Below are positions 46,343 to 61,504 of a stretch of DNA of 64,000 nt, one piece after another. Both the position numbers and the translations under genes were made by a program. Position 1 is the stretch's first letter. Each line of letters starts with the position of its first letter. Origin of the DNA: Lama glama (taxonomy: Eukaryota); NCBI GenBank assembly GCA_028534125.1, contig CM052818.1, positions 25,422,001 to 25,486,000 of the forward strand. The letters are read 5' to 3'. Below the pieces are notes generated by a model. It worked only from the letters and a program-made list of their open reading frames with translations. It did no database searches and was not told the DNA's origin.

Positions 46343-46859
46343 AGAATCTCAGTCCAGTTTTATAGTTTGAACCAGAGATTGGAGTTTTATGTATTGGCCA
46401 TATTTTTTTCTAAGTAAATACAATATGATTTCTAGACCAATATTTTATAAGGGTGATATGAAGTTTCCACAGATCATATTAGCATTATCAGAATAAGGGA
46501 CCAATGACATAAGGGAATGACTAGAGCGTGAGCTAGAGTGTGGATAAAGACCAGAAGGCTGTTCTTAAAGAGAAATAACTCGTCTGAAAGTTAGGACTTC
46601 CTTCTATTTATGTTATTACTTCTTAACTTCTAAAAAGTAAAACTTGGGAATTTTCCCTCCAAATGTTACTTCCTGATTTCTTCTTTAGCAAGTCAAATAA
46701 CTACACTTCAGTATGAAGAAACCTTTTTCCATTATAATGATTAAAACTTTGTAAAGAGGAAACATAACTCATAAGACATACAATTTTCATTTCTGTCCTA
46801 TTTTCAATAAATTACTGAGAAGGTCATTTCCTGCTTTTTCCTTTTTCTTTCTGTTTTTT

Positions 46860-47490
46860 TAATTGTAAGATTTTTTTCAATGTACAAATAAATATAGTGT
46901 TATTAACTATAGGCATAATGTTGTACAGCAGATGTCTAGAATTTATTCATCTTACATAACTGAAATTTTATACATGCTCATTAGCAACTCATTCCCCTCT
47001 CCCGCAGCCCCTGGCAACTATCATTCTATTCTGTTCTTTGCTTTTACGAGTTTGACTATTTTAGACACTTCATATATGTAGAATCATGTAGTATTTGTCC
47101 TTCTATGACTGGCTTATTTCACTTAGCATAAATGTCCTCAGTGTTTATCCATGTTATTCACATATTGTAGGATTTCCTTCTTTTTTAAGGCTAAATAATA
47201 TTCCATTGTACATAGATTTCTCGTTTTCTTTATCCCTTCGTTCATAGGTAGACATTTAGGTTGTTTCTGTATTTGGCTATTGTGTTTAATGCAGTGAACA
47301 TGGGAGTGCTAATATCTGTTTGAAATCCTGATTTCAGTACTTTTAGATAAATACCTAAAAGTGGAATTGCTGGATCATGTGATAGTTCTGTTTTTAATTT
47401 TTTTGCAGAACCTCCATACTGTTTTCCATAGCAGCTACATTTTACATTTTACATTTACATTATCAACATTGTACCAGGGTTCCAGTTTCT
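46860..47490 (-). mobile_element. L1MA-type 3' end
   Basis: ttattaactataggcataatgttgtacagcagatgtctagaatttattcatc...gactggcttatttcacttagcata...gaacctccatactgttttccatag. Confidence 0.85.
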
Positions 47491-47526
47491 GCCTTTTTAA
47501 TCTAAGAGGTTCTTGTTCATTTGCTG

Positions 47527-47625
47527 CAGTGGTTCTTAGTCATAGCTATGCATTAGAATTGAAGTCACCTCTAGATAAATCACCCTGGACCTACCTATTT
47601 TTACAAAAGCCCCACAGGTGATCTA
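47527..47625. mobile_element. MER5-like fragment
   Basis: cagtggttcttagtcatagctatgcattagaat...ttttacaaaagccccacaggtgat. Confidence 0.45.
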
Positions 47626-48709
47626 AGTTTGTATACCTAGTAATATCAACTGAAATAGTTAAATAAAAGATATAAACATATACTTGTATCATACCTTTTA
47701 AAATGTCCAGCTAACTATTTAGCTAGAGTATGAAATATTTGTAGAGATCTAACTAGTGCCTTAAACATGTAAACATACTATGTTTAATTTGATAATAAGG
47801 CGAGGTTACTTTGATAGTCTTGAGTGTTTTTTTCTTAGTGTTAGATCAGCCGCACCAGAGAATAATGTAATCTTCAACTTCACATTTTTGTTAATATTTA
47901 ATATTGATTGATATTTATTTTTTCCATTTATGTATCCTATTTTCCTCAGACTATAAGTTGTTTAATATTACACATTATTGAAAACCAAGTTTAAAATGTT
48001 TTTTTCCCCTTTACTGATAAATGATTAGTAAATAAAAATTTCTTTTGAATGTTACAAATAGAGAATAAATTCCCACTGAGGAATTTTCTTCTTTTGAGCA
48101 TAGCTTCCTTTTAGCTATTTACTGGGATATTTATACTTTCCAAGAATTCTTGGTATTTAAATGTAAAGAGTTTTTGTTTCCATTGACTTTTTTCTAAGTA
48201 ATTTTTAAAAATTTATTCTTAATCATGGTAAAATACTTTTACTTTTTACATTATAGTGCGTATCTAAGGAGCTTTTCCTAGAAATGTAGCTGATTATTTC
48301 TGTATATCAAAGAAAGAAATTGAGCGTTAATCACTAAAACCTTGCAACTAGATAAAGAATAGGAGGAAGAGAATTCTGAATTTGAGAATAAATTCCCCTA
48401 GAATACACCCACATCCTAAAGACCAGCATATATTCAACAAGATGATAGACTGATCAGTTAATTCTAATGCTGAGAGAGAATGCACCAAATACAATAGGAA
48501 GTGACTGACACTTGACGGTATCTGTCTGGAAAACAGTAAAGAGCAGCATGCCTAACTGTGAAGGCACTGCCTCACCCTCCAGTCACCTACTATTTACCTG
48601 TCATTCTAAATACATTTTCTCTACGGTTTTACCGTGTAGCCACCCTCCACTTTTTTTTTCGACATTAAATTCTTTAAAACATATCTTGAGTGGGAAAACA
48701 AATTTTTAA

Positions 48710-48919
<210 letters not shown>

Positions 48920-49373
48920 TAAAATAAACTTCCATTCCCTGTCCTAAGAGTCAGTTATGATCTTTAATTTTTAAGTGCCTCATCTGTCTTTTCAGTAACA
49001 GTTGAAATGATGGGATTATCTAAATTCTGTATTGAATTGGTTGCTCTTTTTTAATTAGGCAGTCTCATTAAAATGCGTTCACAGGTCCTAGCTTAAGTTA
49101 GAAGAAACAGATTTCAGTATGTAATTTGTAATATAATGTACAATTAAATGCTCACATAATTGAGGAATAGCGAGATGAACTAGATTGCTCTCACACGGGC
49201 ACACACACACCCCTTTTTAATCTGTAGTAGAGTCTTTGAAGCAGTATTATCATTCTTAGAATCAAACTGATACTCTTGTGTTTGGGCTTTACTCTTAGCC
49301 TAGCGGTTTTTGGCAAAACTTGTGATTCCTTTTGTAAACTTACACTCCCTAAATACTATTTTTTTTATTGTAG

Positions 49374-49556
<183 letters not shown>

Positions 49557-50401
49557 TGACTGAATAGATACATGTCTAATATACCAGCAGAAAGTACTAA
49601 TTTAGCATATATTTAGCACCTGAATCCCCTTAGAATTTTTCTCTATTAGGACTGTTTAAGATCAAGCACAATATATATATATATCTTTTTTATTTCTATA
49701 TTGGGCAGCAATTTGATATTATACAACACTAACTTCTGTTTTAATATTCATAGAAATCTTTTTAATTCAATTTTAATAAACCAAACACTCTACAGAAAGG
49801 GCATGACCATATTTACCCATATTTATAATCATGCTTCTTATAAACAGTTTCACATGGTTAAAAATCATGATGCATGTACCTTTGGGCCCACACCTTCTGC
49901 ATATCAAAATTTTACTACCCTTTTTTCTTTCCCTTCTGCACCAGAGGAAGGAAATGCCTTTTCTTCCTTTAAAGACTGAAACATCTACCATCTGAATCTT
50001 TTCCCTTCCTGTATCTTATTCCGTCATTTATTTCCTATATTTGATATCTTCAGTATCTCTTTAACACTGGTTTCTTTTCTCTGCTTGTATATATGCTCTG
50101 ATGATTCTTCCTTTAAATGCTTTCAAAAATTATCACCTCAATGACACAGCTGGTGTTTAGTCTTTTTAGTATGTGGTATATTTTCTTCTAGCATTTTCCT
50201 CAACTCTCTGGATTTTCTGTATAGCTTTAAGTTGTACTGCACATAACATTGTTATGTCCTGATGATACTTTCTCAGTTAACGTATTTTCCCACTTTTTTT
50301 GTTCAGGCTTTATACCACTTTCGTATTGACTTTTTTTTTTTTTTTTAACTTAAGCTGAAGCCACCCTGATTTATTCATTGGTCTTCACACACAACATTTA
50401 C

Positions 50402-50528
50402 TTTTTTTTTGGCTAGGGGAGGTAATTAGGTTTACTTATTTCTTTGTTTTTAGAGGAGGTTCTAGGGATTGAACCTAGGACCTTGTGCATGCTAAGCACG
50501 CGCTCTACCACTGAGCTATACCCTCCCC
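50402..50528 (-). mobile_element. tRNA-derived SINE (camelid Vic-1 type)
   Basis: Reverse complement GGGGAGGGTATAGCTCAGTGGTAGAGCGCGTGCTTAGCATGCACAAGGTCCTAGGTTCAATCCC...CCTAATTACCTCCCC plus A-tail. Confidence 0.92.
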
Positions 50529-50539
50529 TGCTATATTTA

Positions 50540-52760
50540 CTTCTAATCTTTGTCCTATTCATATTGTATATAGTTGTAATTGTGTGACATGTACACGTTA
50601 TTGTTTATTTTTTTCACTTACCATTTCCTCAGTACATTGTCATGTTTTATTAGTCTTCATAATTAACATTTGTAATGGCTGCGTGGTGTTCCTTAAAATT
50701 GTTCTACAATTTGTTTAACTATCACCCTGTGACTGGATGCACGCATACATTGTGTCCAGCTTTTTTGCTTTCCTGAATAATGTTATAATGAATATCTTCA
50801 TATATTTAGCTGGATATTTGTTGAGCTAGATATTTTACCAATCTGCTCCTTAGTTTTTATTCTTTGAAATACAGTATTTTTAAATTCTGTAATCTGTCCA
50901 TTTTTCTCATTATGATTTCTATTGTTTCTAACCTTAGAAAATCCTTCCAGTCTGGTAATTTATTATTCAGACATAATTTCTTTTAGCTTTATGGTTTGAC
51001 TTTTTAAATTATATTCTTTAATCAACCTGAAGTCTATTTTAGATATCATATGAAATATTCAAATTTATTTCTCACCAGATTATTTGTTGACCTAGGTTTA
51101 TTGAATGAGTCTTCTTCATCACCATTTACATATGATACTTCCTTCTTTAATAAATACTATTTACCATTAACTTCTTAAACTAGCGCCCCAGTTTTGATGA
51201 TGGGCACTTTATAATCAGTGATTCTCAACTGGGGCAATTTTTGCCCACTAGGGAACATTTAGCAATGTCTAGAGATATTTTTCATTGTTCTAACTGGGAG
51301 GTACTAAAGGCATCTAGTCAGTAGAGGACAAGAATATTGCTGACATCCTACAATGCACAGGACAGCCCTCCACTACAAAGAACTATCCAGTCTGAAAGGC
51401 CAGTAGTGGTGCCAAGGCTGAGAGACCCTGCTTTAGATTTATAGCGCTTTCACATATGATAAAGCTGGTTTGCCAGTGTTTCGTCAGTATTTTCTTTACC
51501 AATTTTGTCTCTGTTTTTCCAAATAAACTTTATAATTAGGGGGCAGTGGGTAGTAATTCCCCAGAATACAGTTGGAATGATCTATCAATTAATTTGAAAA
51601 GAACATTTATGACATTTAGCTTTTTCTTAGGTTTTTTTTTCCTTAGGTATTTTTTTATTGTGAATGGTATTCATTTTTTAATAGTCAATTCCCCTTAATT
51701 CCAGGAATTACTAATTTTCTTAGATTTTCTATCATGTCTAGCAATACTAATAGTGTATTTTCCTTTGAGCTTATTTCTGTGTTATGCTTTATACCATTAG
51801 TCATAACTTCCCAAAGAAAGATTGAACAGTAATAGTAAGAATAGGAAGCTCTATTTTCATCTCAGTTTCAGCAGGGATAAGTATAATTTTGCTGTTTGCT
51901 TGATTAGATGCTTTTTAGTTAAGAAAATTTCTTCTCATAGTTATCTTCTGTGTTTTTGCTGGGAGTATACATTTACTTTTATAAGTAGTTTGCCATCTTA
52001 GTGATAGGAAAATGAGTTTTCTCATTAAGCAAATTGAAATTATAGGTTTACTAATACTGAACCTTCTGTTTAGTAACATTAAGTCTTACTTATTCATGGT
52101 GGATTAATCTTATAAATATACAGATGAATTCTATTCATTATTTTATTTAGGATTTTTGCGTCCATCTTTATGAGATTCATTTGTGGTTTTTCTTTTTGTG
52201 CTCTATTTATCAGCTTTTGTTATGGTTATATTTACTTCATAACATGAGTTAAATAGCTTTCCATCTTATTCTGTTCTGGAAATCATGAAATGATCTGGCC
52301 TTTAAACTTTGAAATATTCCAACAGAAAAACCATCTGGTCCTTGAATCTTCTGTAGTATGTAATTCTATAAATAACATTTTCATTTCTTCCTTAATTTTT
52401 TTTTCTATTTTAGTTTTTTGCCACACAATTGTCTCATTTCATTATTTTAAGAGTTCTAACATTCAGTTCTACGTGTAAAATGCTATTTGTAAAATTGCTT
52501 CTATTTGAAATATATTTTCCCATTTCTCTTTTACTCTACTTGTTTGTTTTCCTTGATTGTGTTTTTCTTCTAAAAGATAAAAGCTGAAACATAATTATTC
52601 TCTCTGATTTTATGGTTTTTATGTCATGTGTTACTTTTTATCATTATGAATTTATTCTACTTTCTGATGATTTTCCTTTCTAAATTCTTGATAAAAACTG
52701 TTGAATTCATTTATTTTCTTTTGCTGGTAAAACATTAAAGTTGATGCATTTACTTTTAAG
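50540..52760 (-). mobile_element. Degraded L1ME-like fragments (contain MER20)
   Basis: T-rich antisense L1 motifs e.g. ttatttaggatttttgcgtccatc, aaaaccatctggtcct. Confidence 0.5.
51216..51430 (+). mobile_element. MER20 (hAT-Charlie)
   Basis: cagtgattctcaactggggcaatttttgccc...acatcctacaatgcacaggacagcc...gccaaggctgagagaccctg. Confidence 0.9.
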
Positions 52761-53121
52761 TGTAGTGACTGTGGTACCAGTTCATACAAAGGAGCCTGAG
52801 GTCTGATGTTCATTTCATTCAGTCTGTCGACAAATATTTCCTGAGTACGTACTAAGGATCAGGAAATATGTTGGGTGCTTAGAAAAAAGTGAAGTATACA
52901 TGGTCACTCAATACACTCACTGAGCTTATAGTCATACTACTTGTGATATCCTATGACCCCTGTTACACAGAGGTGAAAAAAAACTTCAGGATCTGTTCAC
53001 TGGACTCACTTTTTGGCCTCTGCTAATCCATTACATCACCCTGATTGGTGGGCAGTCGCCAATCAATTCACGCAAACGAAACTATAAAAGTATTCTCCTT
53101 CAGGTCTTTATGAACTAACGT

Positions 53122-53290
53122 GGGGGGCGGGTATAGATTAGGTGGTAGACTGCATGCTTAGCATGCACGAGGTCCTGGGTTCAATCCCCAGTACCTCCTC
53201 CAAAAATAAAGAAATAAATAGATCTAATTACCACCCACCCACACACAGACACAAAACCTAAATAAATAAATCACTCTTCAAAAAATAAAA
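53122..53290 (+). mobile_element. tRNA-derived SINE (camelid Vic-1 type)
   Basis: ggggggcgggtatagattaggtggtagactgcatgcttagcatgcacgaggtcctgggttcaatccccagtacctcc, then A-rich/ctaattacc tail. Confidence 0.92.
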
Positions 53291-54219
53291 GTATATTAAT
53301 TAACATAACTGATCTTCATTAACATGTTGTTAAGTGGAAAAAGAAAGTTTCAGACCGATATTAGAGTAGGATTCCATTGTGTTTTAAGGTGAGCCATTAT
53401 GATTTAGTGAGTGAATGCAAGCATGTAGGTGGTTTGATTGGTACGGACAGCCCACCTTGCCAGCCTTCTACCCATTTCTGCTTATCTTCCCAATTATGGA
53501 GCCTCTGCTCCTTTAAGGTAGTTTATCTGAACTGTCCCTGATCAGTTCTGCTCTAGGGAGATTTTTTTTTTATTCCTGTGGCAAAGGTTATCAGTGCCTG
53601 GAGTTAGCCAGGCAGCGTTTCATGGTTCAGACCTAATAGGTAGATAGTATTGCTACTACTTAATTCCATCTCATCTATATGGTCAACTGTAGAAACTCCT
53701 TCCATATTCTTATCCTTAATTCTGGATATTGAATCCCTCCCCCACCCCGCCTCTATAGAAGGGTCAGGGGTAGGATCTGACAGTTTTACTTCCTCTGCCA
53801 TCTTATTAAAATTCTTATTCAGGTCTTCTATTGGCACTGCACTATTTACAGAATAAAAGGCAGGCTTCTCCTCCCAAGGATATGTCAGTCTATTGGTCTG
53901 TATCCTAATTTTTCTCCATAGATGAAATGTTCTACTCCTAGGCAGAATGGATATGTATATGGGCAAACTAACATCCTCTCAAGTAAAAGGGTGTAGATTC
54001 CTCCCTCACCAGATCTCACCTCTCTGCACAAAACTCTAAGCCTGTAGCATTATCTTTGCTCTTTGCTTTCACACAACTCTAATTTTGTGTCCTCCTTCTG
54101 TCTGTCACTTTGCTTCATTTCTGCTCTTGCTTTCCTTCTGTTTTAGAATTGATAATATGTCTCTTGCATTCTGGGCTATTCTGCAAATGCTTTCCTTCTA
54201 TTCTGAAATAATGTTGCTT

Positions 54220-54480
54220 TCATTCATTTATTCAGTAACATTGATTGAATGCCTCTGTTTGCCAGGCCCAGGGCTAGGTGTTGAGAATAGAGAGACAAAT
54301 AAAACATAGTCTTATCCTCAATAAGCTCCCTTGAAAGAGCAGAAAAATAAATTACAGTACCTGTGTAGTAAATATAACACTGTACTGTAGAAACTGAAAT
54401 TGTAAATGGAAGTATGAACAAAGTGCTGTGAGAACCTAGAACCCTGAGCAGCCACTTTTTCCTAAAAAGCTTGGGAAAGG
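54220..54480 (-). mobile_element. L2 3' end
   Basis: cattcatttattcagtaacattgattgaatgcctctgtttgccaggcccagggctaggtg. Confidence 0.7.
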
Positions 54481-54899
54481 TGCCAGCAAACAGGTGAAAC
54501 CTCACTCCTCTTCATTATTTGTCATGATGCTCTGCTTTTCATCTCCTTAGAACAGCTGTCTGTATAGTAGGGTATGTAAATGATCTTTTGAAAAAAATTA
54601 AGCTTTAAACAGCATGTAATTTTCAGGTCTATGTATATATTTGTACTATGTTTTTATTCAAAAGTTATATACATATTGAGGATGCATGCTTAAACATATT
54701 TTATTAATGTAGTTTATAATCAACAGAGATTGAATACCCCCTCTTTAATCATCTGTTCTCCTTTTAACTAATTTTGGCAAAACTATTAGTTTGTCATAAT
54801 TTCCAAATTTTATCCTGAACTCTCCCAAAATGCTACTTGTAAGCATTTTCACATCATTCAAGTATGCTTTTTAACACAACCTCCCATAACTTATTATCC

Positions 54900-56290
54900 C
54901 CATATTCCCACTGTCAGTCATTATACCACCACCCATTCAGCCACTCAGGCATGAAGTTGAGTCTTCCTTCCCACTGTACCCACGCTCTACCCAAACCAGT
55001 GAATCGGTTCTTGTGGAATGGACTCCACTCTATCCCTGTAGACCCTAAGATAGCCCTCATCATCTCACCAAGACTACTTTTATTCTGTTAACTTCCTGCT
55101 TCTAGTCTTATCTGCTTTTAACCCATCTGGCTTTACAGAACAACCAGAGTAATCATTCTAGAATGCAAAGATGCTAATAATCTCCTAATTACCTACTGGA
55201 TAAAAGTTAAACTCTTTACAAAAAGGTTCTTCATGACCCAGTACAGGTGCTACTACCCACAGAGTCTTCACAGTTGGACCATCAATTTGTGATCAGTATG
55301 GAAAGTTGATTTTTGGCTGCCATTAAATAAACTGTTATGAACTTTGTCAGACTGAACATTGAGCTAAGTGGATCATTTCAACTTAGGGTAGAGGAGAATA
55401 TAGCTGACTGAAAAGTACAAGAGCCAGTAACAAGCAGATGTGGAAAATAAAAGACCCTGTGCTTATTAGAACACATGGTCAATTTGTCTTGCATATGTAT
55501 AATCAAGAGTAGCCTAGGTGCTGAGAAATAGCCAAGTGACTAATACACTTAATAACTGCATACTTTCTAGAACCAAACAGGCAATGATGTCTATCATGTT
55601 TTCACTATTGCTAATTGTTCACTATTGATTTTGAATCATTTAATCTTTTCAAGAATGTAGCCAAAAATTGTTGTATTTGAAAGTTTGCCTCTATTACAGA
55701 ATCATTTAGAACCACTTATCTATGATTAGAACTAACGTGTCTGTTACTTTGTTCATTCTTCTCATCCAGTCCACAACCTGCAGTGATGGAGAAGGGATTA
55801 GAACTACTCATCCCTTGCCTATCTGCCTGTCTGCACATCCTGCCACTCTCCCTCTGCCGCACACACCAAACCATACCAGACAACGTGCTGTTTCCGAGTA
55901 TGCCTTCCAAGCACACCGCAAACCATTGCCTTCAAACACATGGCTGCTTTGCTTAGAATGCCCCTCTATCTTATTCTGCTTACTGAACTTCTGTTCACTG
56001 TTCATTTTTTGAGACTTAACTTTAAGCATATTTTAACCCTGTGATGCTTTTTCTACTGCCAACAGTTCAAAGCAGAGTTAGGCACACCTTGTTTGTCCTC
56101 TCATAGCATGTTATACATTAGTACTAATGAATATTAGCACTTACCAGATGGTACTGCAGTAGCCCACATTCAAAGCTCTGAATTCCTTGAGGTCAGGAAC
56201 TGTGTGTCTTGTTCATCTTTGTATCTGCAGTACCTGATACAGTGCTTGGCATACAGCAGAGACTCAGTACGTGTGTGCTGAGTGAATGAA
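54900..56290 (+). mobile_element. L2 fragments with 3' end
   Basis: ccagagtaatcattctagaatgcaaa...; tcttgttcatctttgtatctgcagtacctgatacagtgcttggcatacagcagagactcagt...tgaatgaa. Confidence 0.65.
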
Positions 56291-56459
56291 CTCAGATGTT
56301 CACACACTCTTTTTTTCTCCAAAGCATTATAGTCAGTACATTAGAGGAAAAGGCAGAAATAAGAGAATGGGGCAGGAATAGCAACAAGAGCATCAGTGAT
56401 CACAACCATAGCCAATTAAGGATCTACTTTTTGTCAGCCACTATATTTCTCACAGTAGA

Positions 56460-56570
56460 AGGCTATCCTCATTTTACGGATGAGAAAAACCAAGGCACAG
56501 AGAGGCTAAGCAAGTTGCACAAGATCACAAAAGTAGAAAGCAGCAGGGCTGACTCCAGAACCTTTATGCT
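56460..56570 (-). mobile_element. MIR
   Basis: tatcctcattttacggatgagaaaaaccaaggcacagagaggctaagcaagttgcacaagatcaca. Confidence 0.7.
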
Positions 56571-57232
56571 AGAACAGAAAGCAACAAACGTGCTCCCGTC
56601 ACCAGAGAGTTGTGTAAAGAACTGAAGTGCCTGTTATTCTGTTGATTCTCCTCCTCATCCAGTGCACAGCCTACAGTAGTGGGCAAACAGGAACCTCCCT
56701 TACCACGTTGCCATAATTGTAGAAGTGCTAAAGACCAGAATATACACAGGTTACGTGCAGTCCTGTGTTTGATAGGCTTGCGTATCCTTCCACGTGTCTA
56801 TGAGGAAGCCTGTCCAAATGGTACTACCTCTGAATTACAAATCCTAACAACCTCTTGCAGGCCTCAAGAGCTGAATAAGCAGATAATAATCCTCTGAATT
56901 TAACATTTTCTTCACTTGGCAAAAATATGTGTTATTATTTGTGAGTAATAAAAATATGTGAATAATTATTTTTAAAGTTCCTTTAACAAAACCATGACTT
57001 ATGGCAAATAACATATGATTTGAGGGGAGATGGAAAATTGGTTATTCCTCCTGATGGTAAACTTGGTCTCTCTTTTTCTTGGGTATCTATAAAACTTAAG
57101 TCACAGAAGAAGTTGATACTTATAAAAATCTTCCTCTTGTTGTTTACTTAGCTTGTTTTTCAGAGAACGAGAACCTGTACCTTAATTCTTTGGTGATGGT
57201 GATTGAGATGGTACAGTGTAATATGCCTGTAA

Positions 57233-57478
<246 letters not shown>

Positions 57479-57670
57479 TGAATTACTTGAGGATACATAC
57501 TTCTGATTAAGTTTATAACCACCTGATAAAAGGCAGATTTATTTCATAGAGGAGAAAAAGGGAAATAAAATAATTCCAATTTTCTTATGTTAAATGTTTC
57601 TTAAATTATTTTCATGAATCTCAAACTGAATTTAAAGTATTTAATAATCATTTCTTTGCATTTATTTTAG

Positions 57671-57853
<183 letters not shown>

Positions 57854-58968
57854 TGATTTCTAGTTTTATATAAAGGCATTCAGGGATGAAGTGCACATGT
57901 AATGGATAAAAACAGTGAATAACTGCTTAATAAATATGCTCAGGATTATTCCCTCTTGGTTCCAAGTAAATGAGCACTAATATTAATGTGAATAAATCCT
58001 GATATGATGATGAAGTTGGGCAAATATACATTTTTTTAGCCAAAAAGAAAAATACTATTCAAGATTTATTTTAAGGACAGGAAATTTGATTATACTAATT
58101 CACTTACAATAAATATATGTACTTATGACTTTTTTTTAAAGTAAAGACTAATGAGAATTTTTAACCATAAATCATTAGCCATAAAAATAACAGGTTTGGC
58201 TAAAGATACTTCTGGGAGGTGGAGGGGAATTGTTTCTTATTACTAGTCATTGCCTGGGCAAATTTATGTACAGTATCATCACCTCACTGTTCTGAATATA
58301 ATCTCTCTTATTCATAAGAGAGTCAAAAATTAGGACGTAAACATAAATGGCTGTTAAGTAACCAAGATAAATCAAATAATGTCTATGAACTAAAGCTTAT
58401 GAAATTACCTAACAAGAAAGTTTCTAAAGGCCTAAAGTAGTTTTTTAATAGATGGATTAAAAACAACAAATTGGAAATAGCTATATAGTCTGGCCCAGTG
58501 AGGCACACTGATATCACTGAGAAGTGATCACTCTGAGAAAAAATTCCGTAAAACTAACATGAACAGATGAAAACTCAAGAAATGTAATAATGCATTTGTA
58601 AATAGCTCAAATGATTCTGATGGTATCACTGTATTACAACATAGTAAGGTATCATAATTCATAACAGTGATCCTGGCTTTTCTATGAAGGTTAACATAGT
58701 CCATTTAAAAAGCCAGAGAAACATACAACATATATTAGAAAGATTTCTATCCAAAAGTATTAAAATAACAAATACTCTGATATTTGTAGGACTAAGAGTC
58801 AGTTATTTAAAGAAATTCATTCCTTAATAATTTAGATAGCCAAGGCTTTATGGAAATGGGATGTTAACGCTTTAACCTGGACACTTTGATTTGAATCATT
58901 ATATAACTTCTTTATTAGTGGTTTATGGTTTCCCTAGATACTAGTTCAGTTTTACCAGGCATATATAG

Positions 58969-59301
<333 letters not shown>

Positions 59302-59897
59302 TAAAATTTTAAGTGCTTTACAGTAATTGTTAGTGTTATATGTGCTAGAGGTAAAAAATAATTTGTATATATATATATTCTTATAAATTGGTAGACAAAT
59401 CAAATACCATTTCAAAAGATATTATAAAAATATAAGACAAATTCTAAACTCCAGCAGCTTACAATTTTTTTAAAAATCTATGAAAATAGCCCTCTTTAAA
59501 TGTATTATACTTTACTAAAAAGCCTGATGATGAAATTGATAGTTGAAACTTCATTTGAGCATTTGTTTTCAATTGGTGAATTTAAAATGCATCTCTCACT
59601 AACAGAGGAAACAACATTAACTCCTAAAATCTGCATGGAATGTCAGCCCGTTATTTTAAATGCTGCCTCCAAAATTATATATGACTACTGCTCGGTACAT
59701 TGTTCCTTTCCCACCAAACTCTGTAGTTTTTAATTTTGCAATGTGTCAAATTGGAACGCCTACTTAACCCTTTCTCAGTCTACACCATCCAGCAGATGGT
59801 ATATAGTGCCTGCTAATACACTGCCTATGCTGTCAAGCCCAGCCGTACGAATCTCTCAGACTGCATACTATTGCTCATCCCTTTCCTATCTCTAGAT

Positions 59898-60211
59898 CAG
59901 TGCTGTCCAGTAGAAATAGAATGTGAGCCACATGTGTAACTTTAAATGTTCAATAGCCACATTAAAAGGAGCAAAAAGAATTAGGTGAAGTTAATTTTAA
60001 TAATATATTTTATTTAACCCAGTATATGCAAAATGTTGTCATTTCAACATGAAATCAGTATAAAAAGTTACTGAGATATTTTACATTCTATTTTTTTTTT
60101 TGTTTTAAATCTTCAAAATTCAGTTCATTTCAGCACATCTCAGTTCGGACTAGCCACATTCAAATGCTTAATAACCACATATGACTAATGGCTACCAAAC
60201 TGTACAGCCCA
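59898..60211. mobile_element. MER33-like hAT MITE
   Basis: cagtgctgtccagtagaaatagaatgtgagccacatgtg...cacatctcagttcggactagccacattcaaatgc...tggctacc. Confidence 0.85.
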
Positions 60212-61504
60212 GTCCTAGCCCTTTGAAGAGGATACCTTTTACATCTAGATCACCATGCTTCAATTAATTTTCTAATCAGTTTCATGTGGAGCTTTAAATC
60301 TCTACTGAGAACACTCTGTTTTTCATTTGTTCATTATTAAATCAAAACTTGAATCCAATCACCTTTAACCCTCTTAACAACCATTTCCACATGCTCTTCC
60401 CATTGGCTGTCTTAGCTCAGTGTACAGATCAAGTTCTACCCTGGTATTTGACATGATAGACTCCAATACTGACAGGCAGCATGACATTATTTTGGGGGAG
60501 GAGGTTGAGAAGCACTGACATAGGAGTTAGGAATCCTGGTTTGTCATATCAGTCTGCTAGTGAGTGCTCTTGAGTTTAGATAAAATACTTTTTCTGTGCC
60601 TTCTGAGGATCAAACTAGATTTTTTTTAAGGCTTCTTCCAATTCAGAGAATCTAACTTTAGAAAAAATTATTCTTTGGAGGTATATTATTTTGAGATTTG
60701 GTCCAGAATCCTGTTAATTTATTCCTGTGTTATACATATATTTGTAGTTACCCAGCAGTTTATCTTATCTTTTTACCACCTAAAGTGTGTTTGCTTTAAG
60801 AATTACTATATCTCAGCTTTTGAGGATCATGGAGTCATGTTATGCATGTAGTAGGCTGTCAGATATTTTTTATAAGTTCAGCTAAACACCTGGTAAAAAA
60901 AAATCCCGTTTATTTTCCCCAATTTGCCAACATTCTAAATTAAGTAATATAATAAATCCAGCACTTTTTGCAGCATACCTGACCCAAAATCATTCTTTAC
61001 TCTGACCCATTTAACTGTTTGCAGGGTTTTTTCCCTAGAGCACATGGCTATGGTCTGTATTATAAAGATTCCCATAAGTGAATTACTAAAATCACATGAA
61101 AGCCATCAATTGCAAATTCTGTTTCTCTTAGTTTAAGTAGCTGAAAATGGAAAAGGTGGAAAAACAGGAAATAAGCACATTATGTTCCCTATTCGTGCTA
61201 AATCTTCAAATGATTAGTTGAACAGGGAAAAAGGAATCATTTTGGAATGCAGTGCTCTGGATCAGTGTTTTGTCATATGTGGCAATGGAATAATATTAAA
61301 TAGCCGGACAAGTAGAGAAACCGCTCTTTCGAGAGTTTGTTTTTGTAATCTCAGCCCTGAGGATTTTTCTTTCTTTGTGATAAAGAAAACCCCTATTACT
61401 ATTCCCTTTGTTCTTAGTAAAAATTGAAAATAACTGATCTTGAAATTAAATAAGCCATCAAAATATAAAACCATCTGTATGCTCAGTTAGTCACTTAATT
61501 CAAG

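Noticed and set aside
53604..53966. 120-aa minus-strand ORF (…EDLNKNFNKMAEEVK…)
   Set aside because: It starts at a non-ATG codon, shows no homology I recognise and has no TSD or poly(A). It lies among degraded LINE sequence and is probably chance. A TBLASTN/HMMER hit would reopen it.
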